64,000 nucleotides of DNA, taken from the NCBI GenBank assembly GCA_040357565.1, contig JBDODJ010000004.1; one strand, written 5' to 3'. This DNA is from Cercozoa sp. M6MM (taxonomy: Eukaryota; Protista; Endomyxa: Ascetosporea). Numbering within the stretch: position 1 is the first letter of the stretch; the number at the start of each line of letters is the position of its first letter. The notes beneath the pieces are model-generated. The model did not search any database and was not told the origin of the DNA. It was given only the letters and a program-made list of their open reading frames with translations. Position numbers and translations under genes: made by a program. Of this stretch, positions 49,265 through 60,477 are shown one piece after another.

Positions 49265-50257
49265 ATGGTGCGTTACCCTGCTGCGCTCTGCGGTTCGGCG
49301 CGTTTTTTTGCGTTTGGCGGCTGCTCGCGGAGAGCTGCTTCGCGCACTGCTCAGCTAGTGTGTGAGTGATGCGAACGTTGTTTCTGTGTGTTCTGCGGGA
49401 TTGTATGCTGGATTTGTATTTTTGTGCTGTGTGCTGTTGACAGATTCCGGAGCTTTCCCATGACGATCTGTCGCTGATGCTGGCCGCCAGCACGCACATC
49501 GGTTGCGAGAACTGCGAGTCGGCTATGAAGCAGTACTCGCCGAAGACCAACAAGGCTGGTGTGCACCTCATCAACCCGGCCATGACCTGGGAGAAGATCC
49601 AGCTCGCCGCGCGCATCATTGTCGCCGTCGAGAACCCGGCCGATGTTGTGTGCCTGTCGCAGCGCGAGTACGGCCAGCGCCCGTGCTACAAGTTCGCCCA
49701 GCACACCGTACTGCTTGTTTTTAGTTTGATTGGTGTGTCGTGTGATCTGACACACTCGTGTGTTTCAGGGTGCCACGTCGATCTCGGGCCGTTTCCGCCC
49801 GGGTACGTTCACGAACCACAACCAGAAGAAGGGCTACTTCAAGGAGGCTCGCGTTCTGATCGTGACGGACCCGCAGAAGGACCATCAGCCGATCAACGAG
49901 TCGTTCTACGTGAACATGCCGGTGATTGCTTTCGCCGACACGGACTCGTCGCTCAAGGGTGTCGATGTCGCCATCCCGATCAACACCAAGGGTAAGGAGT
50001 CGATCGCCGTGGCCATGTACCTGCTGGCCCGTGAGGTGCTCCGCATGCGTGGTGAGCTCGCCCGCGACGTCGAGTGGGACGTCCCGGTCGATCTGTTCCT
50101 GCACCGCGAGCTCGCCGAGATCGAGCGCCTGCAGGCCGAGGAGGAGGCCGCCGCCGAGGCTGGCGAGGAGGACGAGTACGCCCCGGTCGCCGCCGAGACC
50201 GCCGACGCTGCCTACCTCGACAAGGAGTACGAGAACGTCGACCTCATGGCCAGCTAA
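49265..50257 (+). CDS. RPSA: 40S ribosomal protein SA (uS2)
   Basis: ATG then intron 49268-49443; MLAASTHIG, TWEKIQLAARIIVAVENP, GRFRPGTFTN, VTDPQKDHQPINES, DVAIPINTKGKESI; strong GC3 bias. Confidence 0.97.
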
Positions 50258-50471
50258 GTCATTGTGTGACGCCAGCTCGTTTGTTACGTTTGCACCCAAA
50301 CTCAAAAAACTCAGCACCGAACGTTAAAACTAAACAACTCGACGGTCCAAGTCGGGACTGAAGTCAAAATGTCGTACTGATCAAGTCAAGTCGAGTATGA
50401 GTGAAATTGAAGCATTTTAGGAACGAGATTATTTCTTGCCGCATGAAGAAGCCAACGCTGCTTCGTTCACG

Positions 50472-52865
50472 TTAGATGAGAAGCACATCGAAGAGACCGC
50501 CTTGAGTTGCAGCCTTGTTGCTGTTGCTAGGGGTTTCCGTGTCGTCTTCCTCTTGCAACGCAGCACCTTGCGCAGACAAAAACTCGCGGAATGACTGCTG
50601 CTTGACTGCTCAGAGCAAACAGGCGTTCAAAAAAAGCCCTGGCACAAATGGTTGGGTTGTTAGGTGCGCTACCTTCGCGCAAAGCGACCTCAAGTTCGAG
50701 CAGAGCCTGCTCGTGCTGCTGACGCAGGTCACGCTCGCGCTGCTGCAGCGCCTCAATCTGCCGGTCCTTGGCAGTGTTGCCGTAAAGGAGCTGCATGCAG
50801 TGCAACAAAGAAACAAGCAGGTTACATGCCACCAGCAGGAACAGGAAGAGAGAGGCAAAAGCAAAAACCTGAAATTCCATGTCGGCCTTCTCATCCTCGA
50901 GTGTCTTGGCGAGCTGCTTGACCTTGCGACTCTTGTCCTTCATCGAGTCGCGCTCCTTGCGCACGTCTCGCACCATCTTCTGCAGGAGACTGTTGCGCAT
51001 TTGCAGCTGCTCACAGAGGACACATCCGAGGGCAGGAGACAGCGGGGGGGGGGGGGTCAAGACGGAGTCAATACCGTCTCGAGTTCCTCCATCTGCGAGG
51101 TGAGCTGCTTGTGCTTCATTCGAAGCGAGCGCTGCGCCTCCTCTTTCGTCGTTCGGCTTTGCAGCAACGCCTACGGAGAGAAAGTAACAACAAAGGTGAC
51201 CGTCAGGGGGGGGGGGGGGGGGGCAACAAAAATAAAGCACCTCCTCAAGCTCGGCCATGCGACGCATCTTGGCAGCGACTTCGCCGCGCTGCTTCTTGAG
51301 TTCTTCCAACTCGGCCACTTCGGCCTAAGACAAAAGCGATATACACACGTATACAATACAAGCAACACACATACGATGGGGACATACACGAAGTCGATCG
51401 TTTTCGAGTCGCATGCGCTCGAGCGAGTCAGCGTTTTCCTCGAGCAGCGTGCGATCCTGCACGTGCTGCTCCTCCATGTGCTTTTGCCGCACCTCGTACT
51501 GCACAATACACATCCAAAGGCAAAGATAAAGAATAGCCAGCCTAAGGAAATCAAGGAGGGTACCTGTGCAACCTCATCTCGGAGTGCCTGGACATCACCG
51601 GCGTCGGTTTCACGCAGTTCCTGAAACCATGAATGGAGTAACGGTCAGGAGGGTAATAAAGCTAGACGGAAAGGTACCTGGCACTCACGTTCAAGATCAT
51701 CGATGTTCTGTTGCATGGCTTGCATGCCTGCTTTCTACTCACGGGCATGAGGTAAAGAAGCACAGGGTTTAGGGGATAACACGAAAGGTATATTTACCAG
51801 GTAGTCGCTCTTCTCGTCGGCCTCCTTTTGCAGTTTCTGTTTTACATTGGCAGGCACACATTATACAAAGAAACACACTGACGGAACAAAGGACACCTCA
51901 AGTTGCTCGTGCAAGCGTTCGATCTCATCTGTGGATAGCACGTGCAACAATTTCTCCATTTTATCCTCCCATTATCACATACCAGCTTGATCACGATCGC
52001 GTTTCTTGATCGACTCAATCAGCTGCAGTTCCTTCTCGCTTTAAATAGGAAACACAATATGAGTTAAAGTAAGAGTGGAGTCGAGACAAAGGATTAACAA
52101 GATAAGGTAGGCAAAGGGTGAAGAGGTACCCTTGCTCGGCCAGTTCGACACGAAGCTGCGATGCTGACGACCGACGCTGTGGCATTTCCTCGTCGGCAAA
52201 GTCGCCTTCTTCTCTGCGGTATTACAAAACACATACCAACCGACTGAAGACAACATTGGGAACAACTCAATTGCACCCAACAATGTAAGACAGTTGACGC
52301 GTGAATTGCGTGTGTTTAGACGCGAGTTCCTGCCAACAGACTCATGTGTGCAAACACACAGATGTATTGCGTTCTTGCAGATACCTCTAGCTGCGCCTTT
52401 CGATCTTCGTTCAGTGACGTGTGAGCTGAAAGTTTACTCTCCAGGTCTTCTATACGACGGAGCACTAGCACACAAACACAAACGTATCTCACAGATCAGA
52501 AGGGACGGGGCGGGAGGGGGGGGGTACAGAGTTGTCGTTCTGCAGGCGTCATTGGCGCCGTCGCACTCCGCGTGGAAGCTACATATTGCGTACAACATCG
52601 GGTTTGTATGCGTACACAAACACATTGGCCGGATAGACTCGTGACTTACACGGCGTTCGCGGTGTCGCTTGCCGCGAGGACCCGAGGCCCATTCTTTTTT
52701 TTTGTCAGTGAACTACGCGCGTTGCAGACACCCTGGGATCTACAAGTACGAATACACGATGTACGAGTCGCTAAGCGTCCAAGGGGTCGTACTTGGTACA
52801 GCTGGGTGCAGGTTGATACCTCCCTTAACTGCTTTGTCCGGTACACTTGGACCAGGGTGGTCATG
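50472..52865 (-). CDS. Long coiled-coil protein of unknown function
   Basis: Exons such as LEELKKQRGEVAAKMRRMAELEE, VKQLAKTLEDEKADMEFQ and IEALQQRERDLRQQHEQALLELE; ends GGLFDVLLI*; start uncertain. Confidence 0.6.
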
Positions 52866-53035
52866 TTGGTTTTAAGTGTGCAGCAAGTAGCCGTGGGAGT
52901 GCACATTAGTGCGTAAAACGTGCGCTTGCTTCGTTGCTGTCTCTGGTGCACCTCTTTAGCACACACTATAGCAGATCACAGGGGAATTCGCAAGAAAGCA
53001 GACCGCCCCAACATTGTGCAGGCTGGGTTGAAATA

Positions 53036-54967
53036 ATGGGCGGCTTTCTGTCGTCGCTGATCTTCCAGCCGCCACGCCGGTCATCCAGCCGGCCCGTGCT
53101 TCCCCGGATGCGAATGATTCCGTCGGTATCCGCAACTGAGCTTTCCATTAGAAAAAGGGTTTATTCAATTTATTTTTGCATCCCCGAACAGGGCCGCTCG
53201 GGTGAGCGCGAGATTTGCACGTTTTTCTGCGACATTGGGGCACCTGTGACGGTGCTGTTTTCGCACGGCAACGCTGAGGACATTGAGATGCTGCTGCCTT
53301 TCTTTGTGAACGAGTTGTGTCCAAAAGTCGGCGTCAACGCGCTGCTGTACGACTACGCGTGCTACGGGCATAGCGACCGCACTACGCTCTCACAGGAGGC
53401 CATCTTTGACGATGCCCGTGCTGCCTATCGACACCTCACTGGTACGCATGCATGGCATCACAGACCCGAAAATTCTCAGTCATGCAGAAACCTTGAGAAA
53501 GGACCCAAGGAACATTGTTCTCTTTGGTCGGTCGCTCGGCGCTTGTGTACCACCACGTTTATGCTTTCAAGGGTTAGAGGTATCACACTGCTGGTTGTGT
53601 AGGTGACAACACACCTTGCATCAGAGCTGGATGACCCAATTTTAGGCGTGATTCTGCAGGCACCAATGTAGGCTACCTTTCCTCCTCCTAGTCTGGTGTA
53701 CAGATGTCCTTCGCTGCAGGTTGTCTATCTACCGGATAGCCCTGCGACTGAGGTTCTCTCTGCCTGGTATGTTTTACTTGTGCGTGAGCACAAAATAAAA
53801 ATTGCTTGACCGTGATAAACTCAGGAGATGCGCTATGTAATATCGATAAGGTGCAGCGCATACAGCGGCCTGTTATGGTTCTTTAGTACTCTTTTTGGCA
53901 TGAGTGCTTGTGAGTTTGCAGTGTGTTGACGTACTGTGCAGATCATCCACGGTGTTAAGGATGAAGTTATTCCCTTCTGGCACGGCGTGGCATGTACTTT
54001 GTACTTTGAAAATGCGCCCACATACATATGCGAACGTGAGAGTTGTGCAGTAAACGACAAGCTCGTGTATCGAGTGCCCGCCTTGTTTCTCGAGGCACAA
54101 CACAACGACGTTGAGGGTATTCGCTGTCGCACTGGCTGCGCACTGGCTGGCTGTATCTAGCCTTGTATGTGTATGTATGTGTGTGTGTGTGAACAGTCTT
54201 GTTCGGCAGTGCAGTCTTCTGTGCGCTGCGCGAGTTTTTTCAGGTATCCGCTTTGTATGCATGTTGTGTCACCAGCCTATGGTTGTGACTGGTCGCACAG
54301 GTGGCACGTGCTTTTGATCGGTGCGATGCCTGCGATTGTGCAAGTGACGTTCCGGTACCGCTTCACTCACTGCACGTGACTTGGGTGTCTTCAAAGATAC
54401 GGTGGCCTGTCAACGTTCTAGCACACGCAACAGTGCAGACAAAAAGCACTGGACCGCGCCTTTTCCGCAATCACACGCATTTCTTGTGTAAGCTTTCGTT
54501 GTTTCCCACTATTTGCCGTGTCCTTGATGCTTGAATTCTCTATGGCAGCACAATGGCTACGTGTCGCGTGACACACTTGACAACAGCTACGACCAGCACT
54601 ACCTTGGCAGCAGTGGTACAGGACTCCTTCTGGTTGCATGCATGTAAGCATCAGACTGTGCTTACTCTCTTTGTTTTTCTCTGTGCAGGTGACGAAGAGG
54701 CCAGAGTAGCCACACCGAATTCTGTGAGTGCACTCCTGGTATCGCGTGTGACTTTTGCGATTGGTTCGTATCTGCGCCTCACATTTACACTGTTCGGGTT
54801 GCTTACCACAGAGAGACGAGGAGGCACAGGACTCACCACGAACACAGGTAGCTAACGAAACTTGCTGGCTTGCAATCGTGACGCTTGTTTTTGATGTTTC
54901 CATTTTTTTTGACGTGCAGGCACGGCCCGTGCTACTGGGTTACGACACTGGCGTCGAATTCGGTTGA
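53036..54967 (+). CDS. ABHD17: ABHD17-like alpha/beta hydrolase (depalmitoylase family)
   Basis: MGGFLSSLIFQPP, VLFSHGNAEDI, YDYACYGHS, nucleophile GRSLG, IIHGVKDEVIPFWHG, QHNDVE; C-terminal extension to TGA at 54967. Confidence 0.88.
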
Positions 54968-55294
54968 CTCTTGGGTACTGCTAGACTCTGCTGTGGCTCG
55001 GCCAGACGGGAGATCGACTACGCTAAGCTTAAAATAGATCGGACTCGCGGCGGTGTGCGAGGACTTTGTACTTTCAGACATATCGTCGGTTGGACAACTA
55101 TGCCGCCGCCGGACATGCCAGCCAGGGCCAATGTAACTAAAGCCGTTTGGGTTGTTGACTAGCGTGGATGAGCCGCCCGGTGCAGTTTAAACTACGACCA
55201 ATCGAATCGAATTAGTCTTCACGTGTTCGGTCATTTTCGTTTCCAGTCAGTTTGCCAGCCGCACGGCAGAGGCGGGCGGCGTTTCACTGGCAGT

Positions 55295-56160
55295 CTATTC
55301 CCTGGAGTGCGGTCGCCCAGGAGTGTAGCCGGGGTGTGCGTGCGTTTGCGTCAAATGCACTGGCAAGTTCTGTACGTAGGAAAATAAACGGATCGATCGC
55401 GAACACGAACAGTGGGGTCACTTGTGACCTGACTGCCCGGGCTAGAGCCAAGGCGATTCTGTGTTACACTCGGGTAGGTCGGAGCCTGGTGTCCGAAAGG
55501 CAAGCGCGGCGGCGACATGTGCGGACCGGGCGCGAAACGGCGCTGCTGCGGGTGCTGTCGCTGCTGCGCGTAGTGCGCTGGCTGAGCAGCGTAGGGCTGT
55601 GTCGGATAGACAGAGTGCTGTTGTTGCTGCTGTTGTTGCGGATGATGTTGCGGATTATGCTGTGGGCGCTGCTGCCGCAGGTGCTCGTGTTGCAGGCTCG
55701 GATGCCTGTGCGCTGGCATTGTGCCTGCACGACACAGATAGATACACGGATTAAACAACGGCCAAAACACGCATTGCGTGCACCTGGCTGCACGGCGATG
55801 GGGTGCGGCGGCGATCGCTCGAACTCCTGCTGCAGCCACGTTGGCAGTGGAACTTCGGAGCACGCTGGCACCGCTGTAAACGAGCCGCCTGCCCAAAGCT
55901 CTTCGTCATCCTGCAAAGAAGCAAAAAGGGTAAAACTACGACAAGAGTCCCCTCAGGAGACACGACATACGAGGTCGTCTTTGCTTGGGTGCTTCGTTCT
56001 CGGCTGACGCTTCTTGCTCTTCTTTTTCTTGCTACTGCCCGCTGACGATGTCCTGACACAAGAACAAAATAGTGTCGACAAACACTTTTTGGGGTAAAAG
56101 AAAAAACGAAACCTACTTTGGTGCAGAGCTATCGAACCAAAAATCCAATTCTGGTGTCAT
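55295..56160 (-). CDS. PNRC/Edc1-like low-complexity protein (putative mRNA decapping activator)
   Basis: Spliced model MTPELDFWFD...KKKKSKKR...WAGGSFTAVPACSEVPLPTW followed by a Q/H/P-rich tail; motif resembles the YAGxxF...LPxP signature. Confidence 0.6.
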
Positions 56161-56393
56161 TCCAAGTCAAGTGCTGTATTTGGGCGACCCCAGCAACTGA
56201 AAGCTTCCCTTTCTTTTGGTCGTCGCGCTCAAAGCACACAGACAAAAACTCTGGTCGTTTCAACTACTGAATGTGCTTGACTACTTGAGCCACTGCATTC
56301 CTTGGCTTGGTTGGATGTTGTACAGTCATTGAAATCTGAATCTGTACAATGGCCGCTGGCCGTCGATGAGTTTAACTTGCTCAGTGCCTTCGG

Positions 56394-58446
56394 ATGTTTT
56401 CGCACTTGCCGCCAAGGAGTTTTCAAGTTTTGTTGAGCTGTCTAAAAGAAAGCAGAATCAGCGATGCGCTTCCGGCGCAAGAAGCGCTCACGTTCCCGAA
56501 GATCGACTCGATCTACGTCGGGGTCGCGCAGTCGCACTGCGAAGTCGAGAAGTTCAACCGAGTCAGTTCCAAAGTCGCGTGGGTCTGCATCAACGTTGCG
56601 TTCGCAGTCCAAGCCTCAAGATGTTGTCACAGCGCAGAAAGACAGGCCCGCCTCTGTCCTGACCGGCGAAACCTTTCATACCCCGAGCGGCAAAGATCAC
56701 AAGTACACCCTCAATGAGAAGATCCGACTCACAATACGCAAGACACCATGGCCGCGTGCGTGTCTTCGTCTGCCACTGTGTGGCGGTTGTTTCAAGTACA
56801 CAACGTTTCTTCATCTGAGAACTAAGTTACAGCTCTACAGCATAATGGTTGGGGCTGTGCAGATGCCGTTGCTTCCGTCGGTGGCCAAAATGCCAGTTTT
56901 GCTGCATGATAATGGCGCCATTTCTGTGCCTCTACTTCGTGTGGATACTCTTCGTCGTGCTCGGCATCTGGCTGCTCAACTACTCGGACGCTGGCCTCAC
57001 GGTCGTCACGTCAAACGACCTTTGCGGCAACAACGGGTACCGTGGATTTGTTTCGTCAACATTAAGCAAACTAAACAACTCAATCGTTGAGGTCTGCTGC
57101 GTTCAGGCGTGTGTTGGTTGAGTTTGGTGGTGAGCTGACGTCATCGATTCTGTTTCATGCTGACATTCGCTCATTCAAAGTGGATGCTGTATCCGTGGTG
57201 GACCCCCGTCTCGGTCGTTCGAGCAACCAAGCTGGGTCACTACGCTCTATTGGACGCCTAGAGGCCCCTGTGCCGGAAAGACCACTCGACACGGTAGTCA
57301 AGGTGGGTGGACCGAACCAAGACTATCGCTTTGTAGCTGCACTGCAGACGATGGTTAACTCGACGCGTCAGACTGCCGCAGGAATCGCGTTGCGGAGGTA
57401 AACGCATGTCCCTAGGGTGCCGCAGTGTTCTTTTAGTGTTTTGTTCTCTGCTGCTGTGCAGGGTATTGTCAGGCCAACCACTAGTGCTGGACCTAGACGT
57501 GAAAACAGACCTGGTCACGTGGTCATTCTTGATACCCATGTATGTCAAACCACGGCGTCGTGTGCGTGTCACTTTCGACGCAGGTATCCAAGATGAAACC
57601 CTTTAAACTTAGTTGCGCTCCACACGCGATAAATATTATACTACAGGCGCAAACAAGACTGGCACTTCGACCAACCGTACGAGCAACACGGTGTGGCAGA
57701 TACGCAGTGTGTCCGCAGCACGTGCGCGGCCTGTGACGGCAGTGATTGCGCTGCTGACAGATGCTCCAATCGATATTGTGGTTCCTTCGCTTGGGTGGAT
57801 TTTGGTAAATTTAACATTAGTACAGACATATCACTAATATACCCCATTCATTCTACACTTCAACATAGTTTGAGGACGGGAACGAGGTGGCAAGAGTGGA
57901 GACGTCTGATTTTACGTGGAAGCGAGGCACGGAGGCTAGGAGTAAGGTGGCCTACGAGCAGACTTCGTGCGTGTTTAAATGTTGTTACGTAGCCACGTTG
58001 ACGGTAAAGCAGGCAATCGAAGGCAGCGACGAATCCGTTCGCTTGCTTCTGTCGTCGATATCTTCTGCTACCCAATCGGTACATTCGGGTGTTGATGACA
58101 CAAATATGTAAGTTTACAGCCAGTTCGTATGCACAGGGAACGGCGCCGCAGCTTGCCGTTGCCGGTTGGCCGCAGTACGTCGCCCCTGGTATCAATCATC
58201 CACACTGAACACTTGCAAATGCTTTTAGTTAATGCTTCTTCTACTGGCGCAGGACGCGTGGATGCGACAACCGGCTCGGATAGTTGCATCTTGCAACGGT
58301 CTATCAATGCAATTTGGCCTCCCGCCGTACGTGCTTCCAACTTAGGTCTGTGAAAAAATTTCGGTAGTTAATGGTTCCTTTCGAAGGATGTCGGGACATC
58401 GCCGCAGGACATTCAAAGTGAGTTCAACTTCGACATCGACGTGTGA
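56394..58446 (+). CDS. Single-pass membrane protein with beta-rich luminal region (LEA_2/DUF3712-like, tentative)
   Basis: Cys-rich juxtamembrane CRCRCFRRWPKCQFCC then TM FLCLYFVWILFVVLGIWLL; several N-x-S/T sequons downstream; ends uncertain. Confidence 0.45.
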
Positions 58447-58607
58447 ACGAAAAACTAGCAAATATACAATTTAACTGTGTGCCTACTGGAAACTCTCAGC
58501 TTTGTATAAAAGTTGAGATGTGCCTAAATTTACTACATACGGCACCAGCACGACTAATACTGACCGACTGCATCGAATAGTTTATCTTTGTCCCGCGCCG
58601 GAGTGAC

Positions 58608-58709
58608 CGGGAACCCACCCTTTCGGGAACCCACCCTTTCGGGAACCCACCCTTTCGGGAACCCACCCTTTCGGGAACCCACCCTTTCGGGAACCCGCCC
58701 TTTCGGGCG
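58608..58709. repeat. Tandem array of 16-bp CGGGAACCCACCCTTT x6 ending in a CCGCCC-TTTC-GGGCGG hairpin
   Basis: Five perfect units plus one with A>G; intergenic between convergent genes. Confidence 0.95.
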
Positions 58710-58786
58710 GCCCAATTTTTGAGCCGTAAATTGTAATTGGTTCAGTTTCCGATCAGACTCAACCCAAACAAACAACTATTTCAGAT

Positions 58787-60416
58787 TCATCGCGGCGTCG
58801 ATGGCGAGCTGGAGGACGATGAGTGTGACAAACGCGATACAGATGATGCCACTTCTGATTCCAGTCCGCTGCCGGACGCAGATATAGCATCTGACGAAGA
58901 CAGAAGCAAGCGCACGGCAGCGTCTTCGGACCAGACGAAAGAGGAGTCAGAGGCCGAATTTGACACACTAGCTGAGCGACTTGAGAGAGAAGACCTCTCG
59001 TCCGATTCAAAATCACTCACGCTGTCAGCAAACCGACTCGTTCGACTGGTCGACGTCGAGGACATCACGAAAGAGCGGGGGGACTCTTCCTCTGGGCTCG
59101 GGGAGCAGTAATCCACCTCAATCGGACAGAAAACCACAGTGTACCTGTGAGAATGTCATCGCTACTATTGCCGCTGCTCCACGTCTTCCTGTCGCTAGTC
59201 GTGTCCTCGACATTGTCGTCGCTCGCTGCGTTTGAACGCAGACCGCCACCTCGTAGTGCCGCGCTCCCGACTGTCGAAGCATGCGAACGTGGTGGCGAGG
59301 GCGATGAAGCACGTGAAAACTGGAGAAGAAGCATTAAGGTCTAGGGGGTTAAGAAAAAAGCTGCATCTTACTAGTCGTTTCCAAGCGTCCAAACCCTTTT
59401 TCTTGTTCTCTTCCTCCTACAGATATTCAATCAAGTACAACAGTTCCTACCGTACAGGCAAAAGGGTACCTCCGCCTCTTGCAGTTGCTTGGCGTGGTCT
59501 TTCTCGAGTTCTTCCAACAACTGCTCGACCTCAGTATCACTAAAGCCAAGAGTATCACACGGACACGGAAAGCAAAATACACCCAGCAGAAGCAAAATAC
59601 AGTCGCTCGTCCTTTCGTCGTTGCAGGAGTGTGCGGCAGAAAGTGGTGCGACTCAGCAATAGCAACAACAGCAGTAGCAGCAGCAGCAGCCACAGCCACC
59701 AGAAGTGTCGCAGCCAGCCCTCGCCCGGTTGCACCGGTGGCACGTCGGCCGACTTGGCAAAGTTGAAGCCTGGATTGGCACTGCACCAGACGCGAAACCT
59801 AAATTTGCACCAGGCAAAGGCTAAAGTAAAGACAACAACAGGAGTTCAGAAGGACAAAACTAAACTTACATGGCCACAGGCGCATCTGACAAACGCGCAT
59901 CTGCACCGAGATCAATACGCACATCTCTCGTCAGTGACAACATGCGACTCGACCCTATCAAATGTAGGTCCACAAAGGAGAGGAAAAGACAGGAAGTGAC
60001 ATAGTGGTACCTGTGGCTACAACGTCAGGCGTTCGACCGGTGTCCGCGCGGAAGCGTTGTCGCACCTGGTCCAGAGCGTCCCCGACAGGTGCCACCAAAC
60101 ACCACAATGGTCTACATATAGGTTTTAGTTTCTAGTCAAAAATGAGGACGAGTCAAGAGTACGCGTGGAAGGAGTCAACATGTGCAGTGACACTGACACT
60201 GGTGGCTTCGGTGGCGGTGACTTCTGCCACTGCAATGACACGTGGCAAGTCACGTGTCTGCCCATGTGTATCGGTAGTACTGAGTGACTGGGACGGATAA
60301 AATGTACCGAAGAACACAGCGAGTCTCGTTCGGGGTACACGCAACCATACGCCTTACATTGCGGCGTCCTGCAAGCTTACGGAATATGCATATATGTATG
60401 TATATATCTGTGTGCG

Positions 60417-60477
<61 letters not shown>

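Noticed and set aside
49268-49443. snoRNA in the long first intron of RPSA
   Set aside because: No RUGAUGA/CUGA pair or H/ACA boxes are visible
50515-51624. 369-aa + strand ORF
   Set aside because: Leu-rich antisense shadow of the spliced coiled-coil gene on the - strand
58608-58703. CRISPR-like array
   Set aside because: Repeats are head-to-tail with no spacers, no cas genes are present, and the context is eukaryotic
58737-59111. Acidic 124-aa + strand ORF
   Set aside because: Antisense shadow of the Ser-rich last exon of the PSI-repeat gene, which splices in frame through a canonical GT-AG intron
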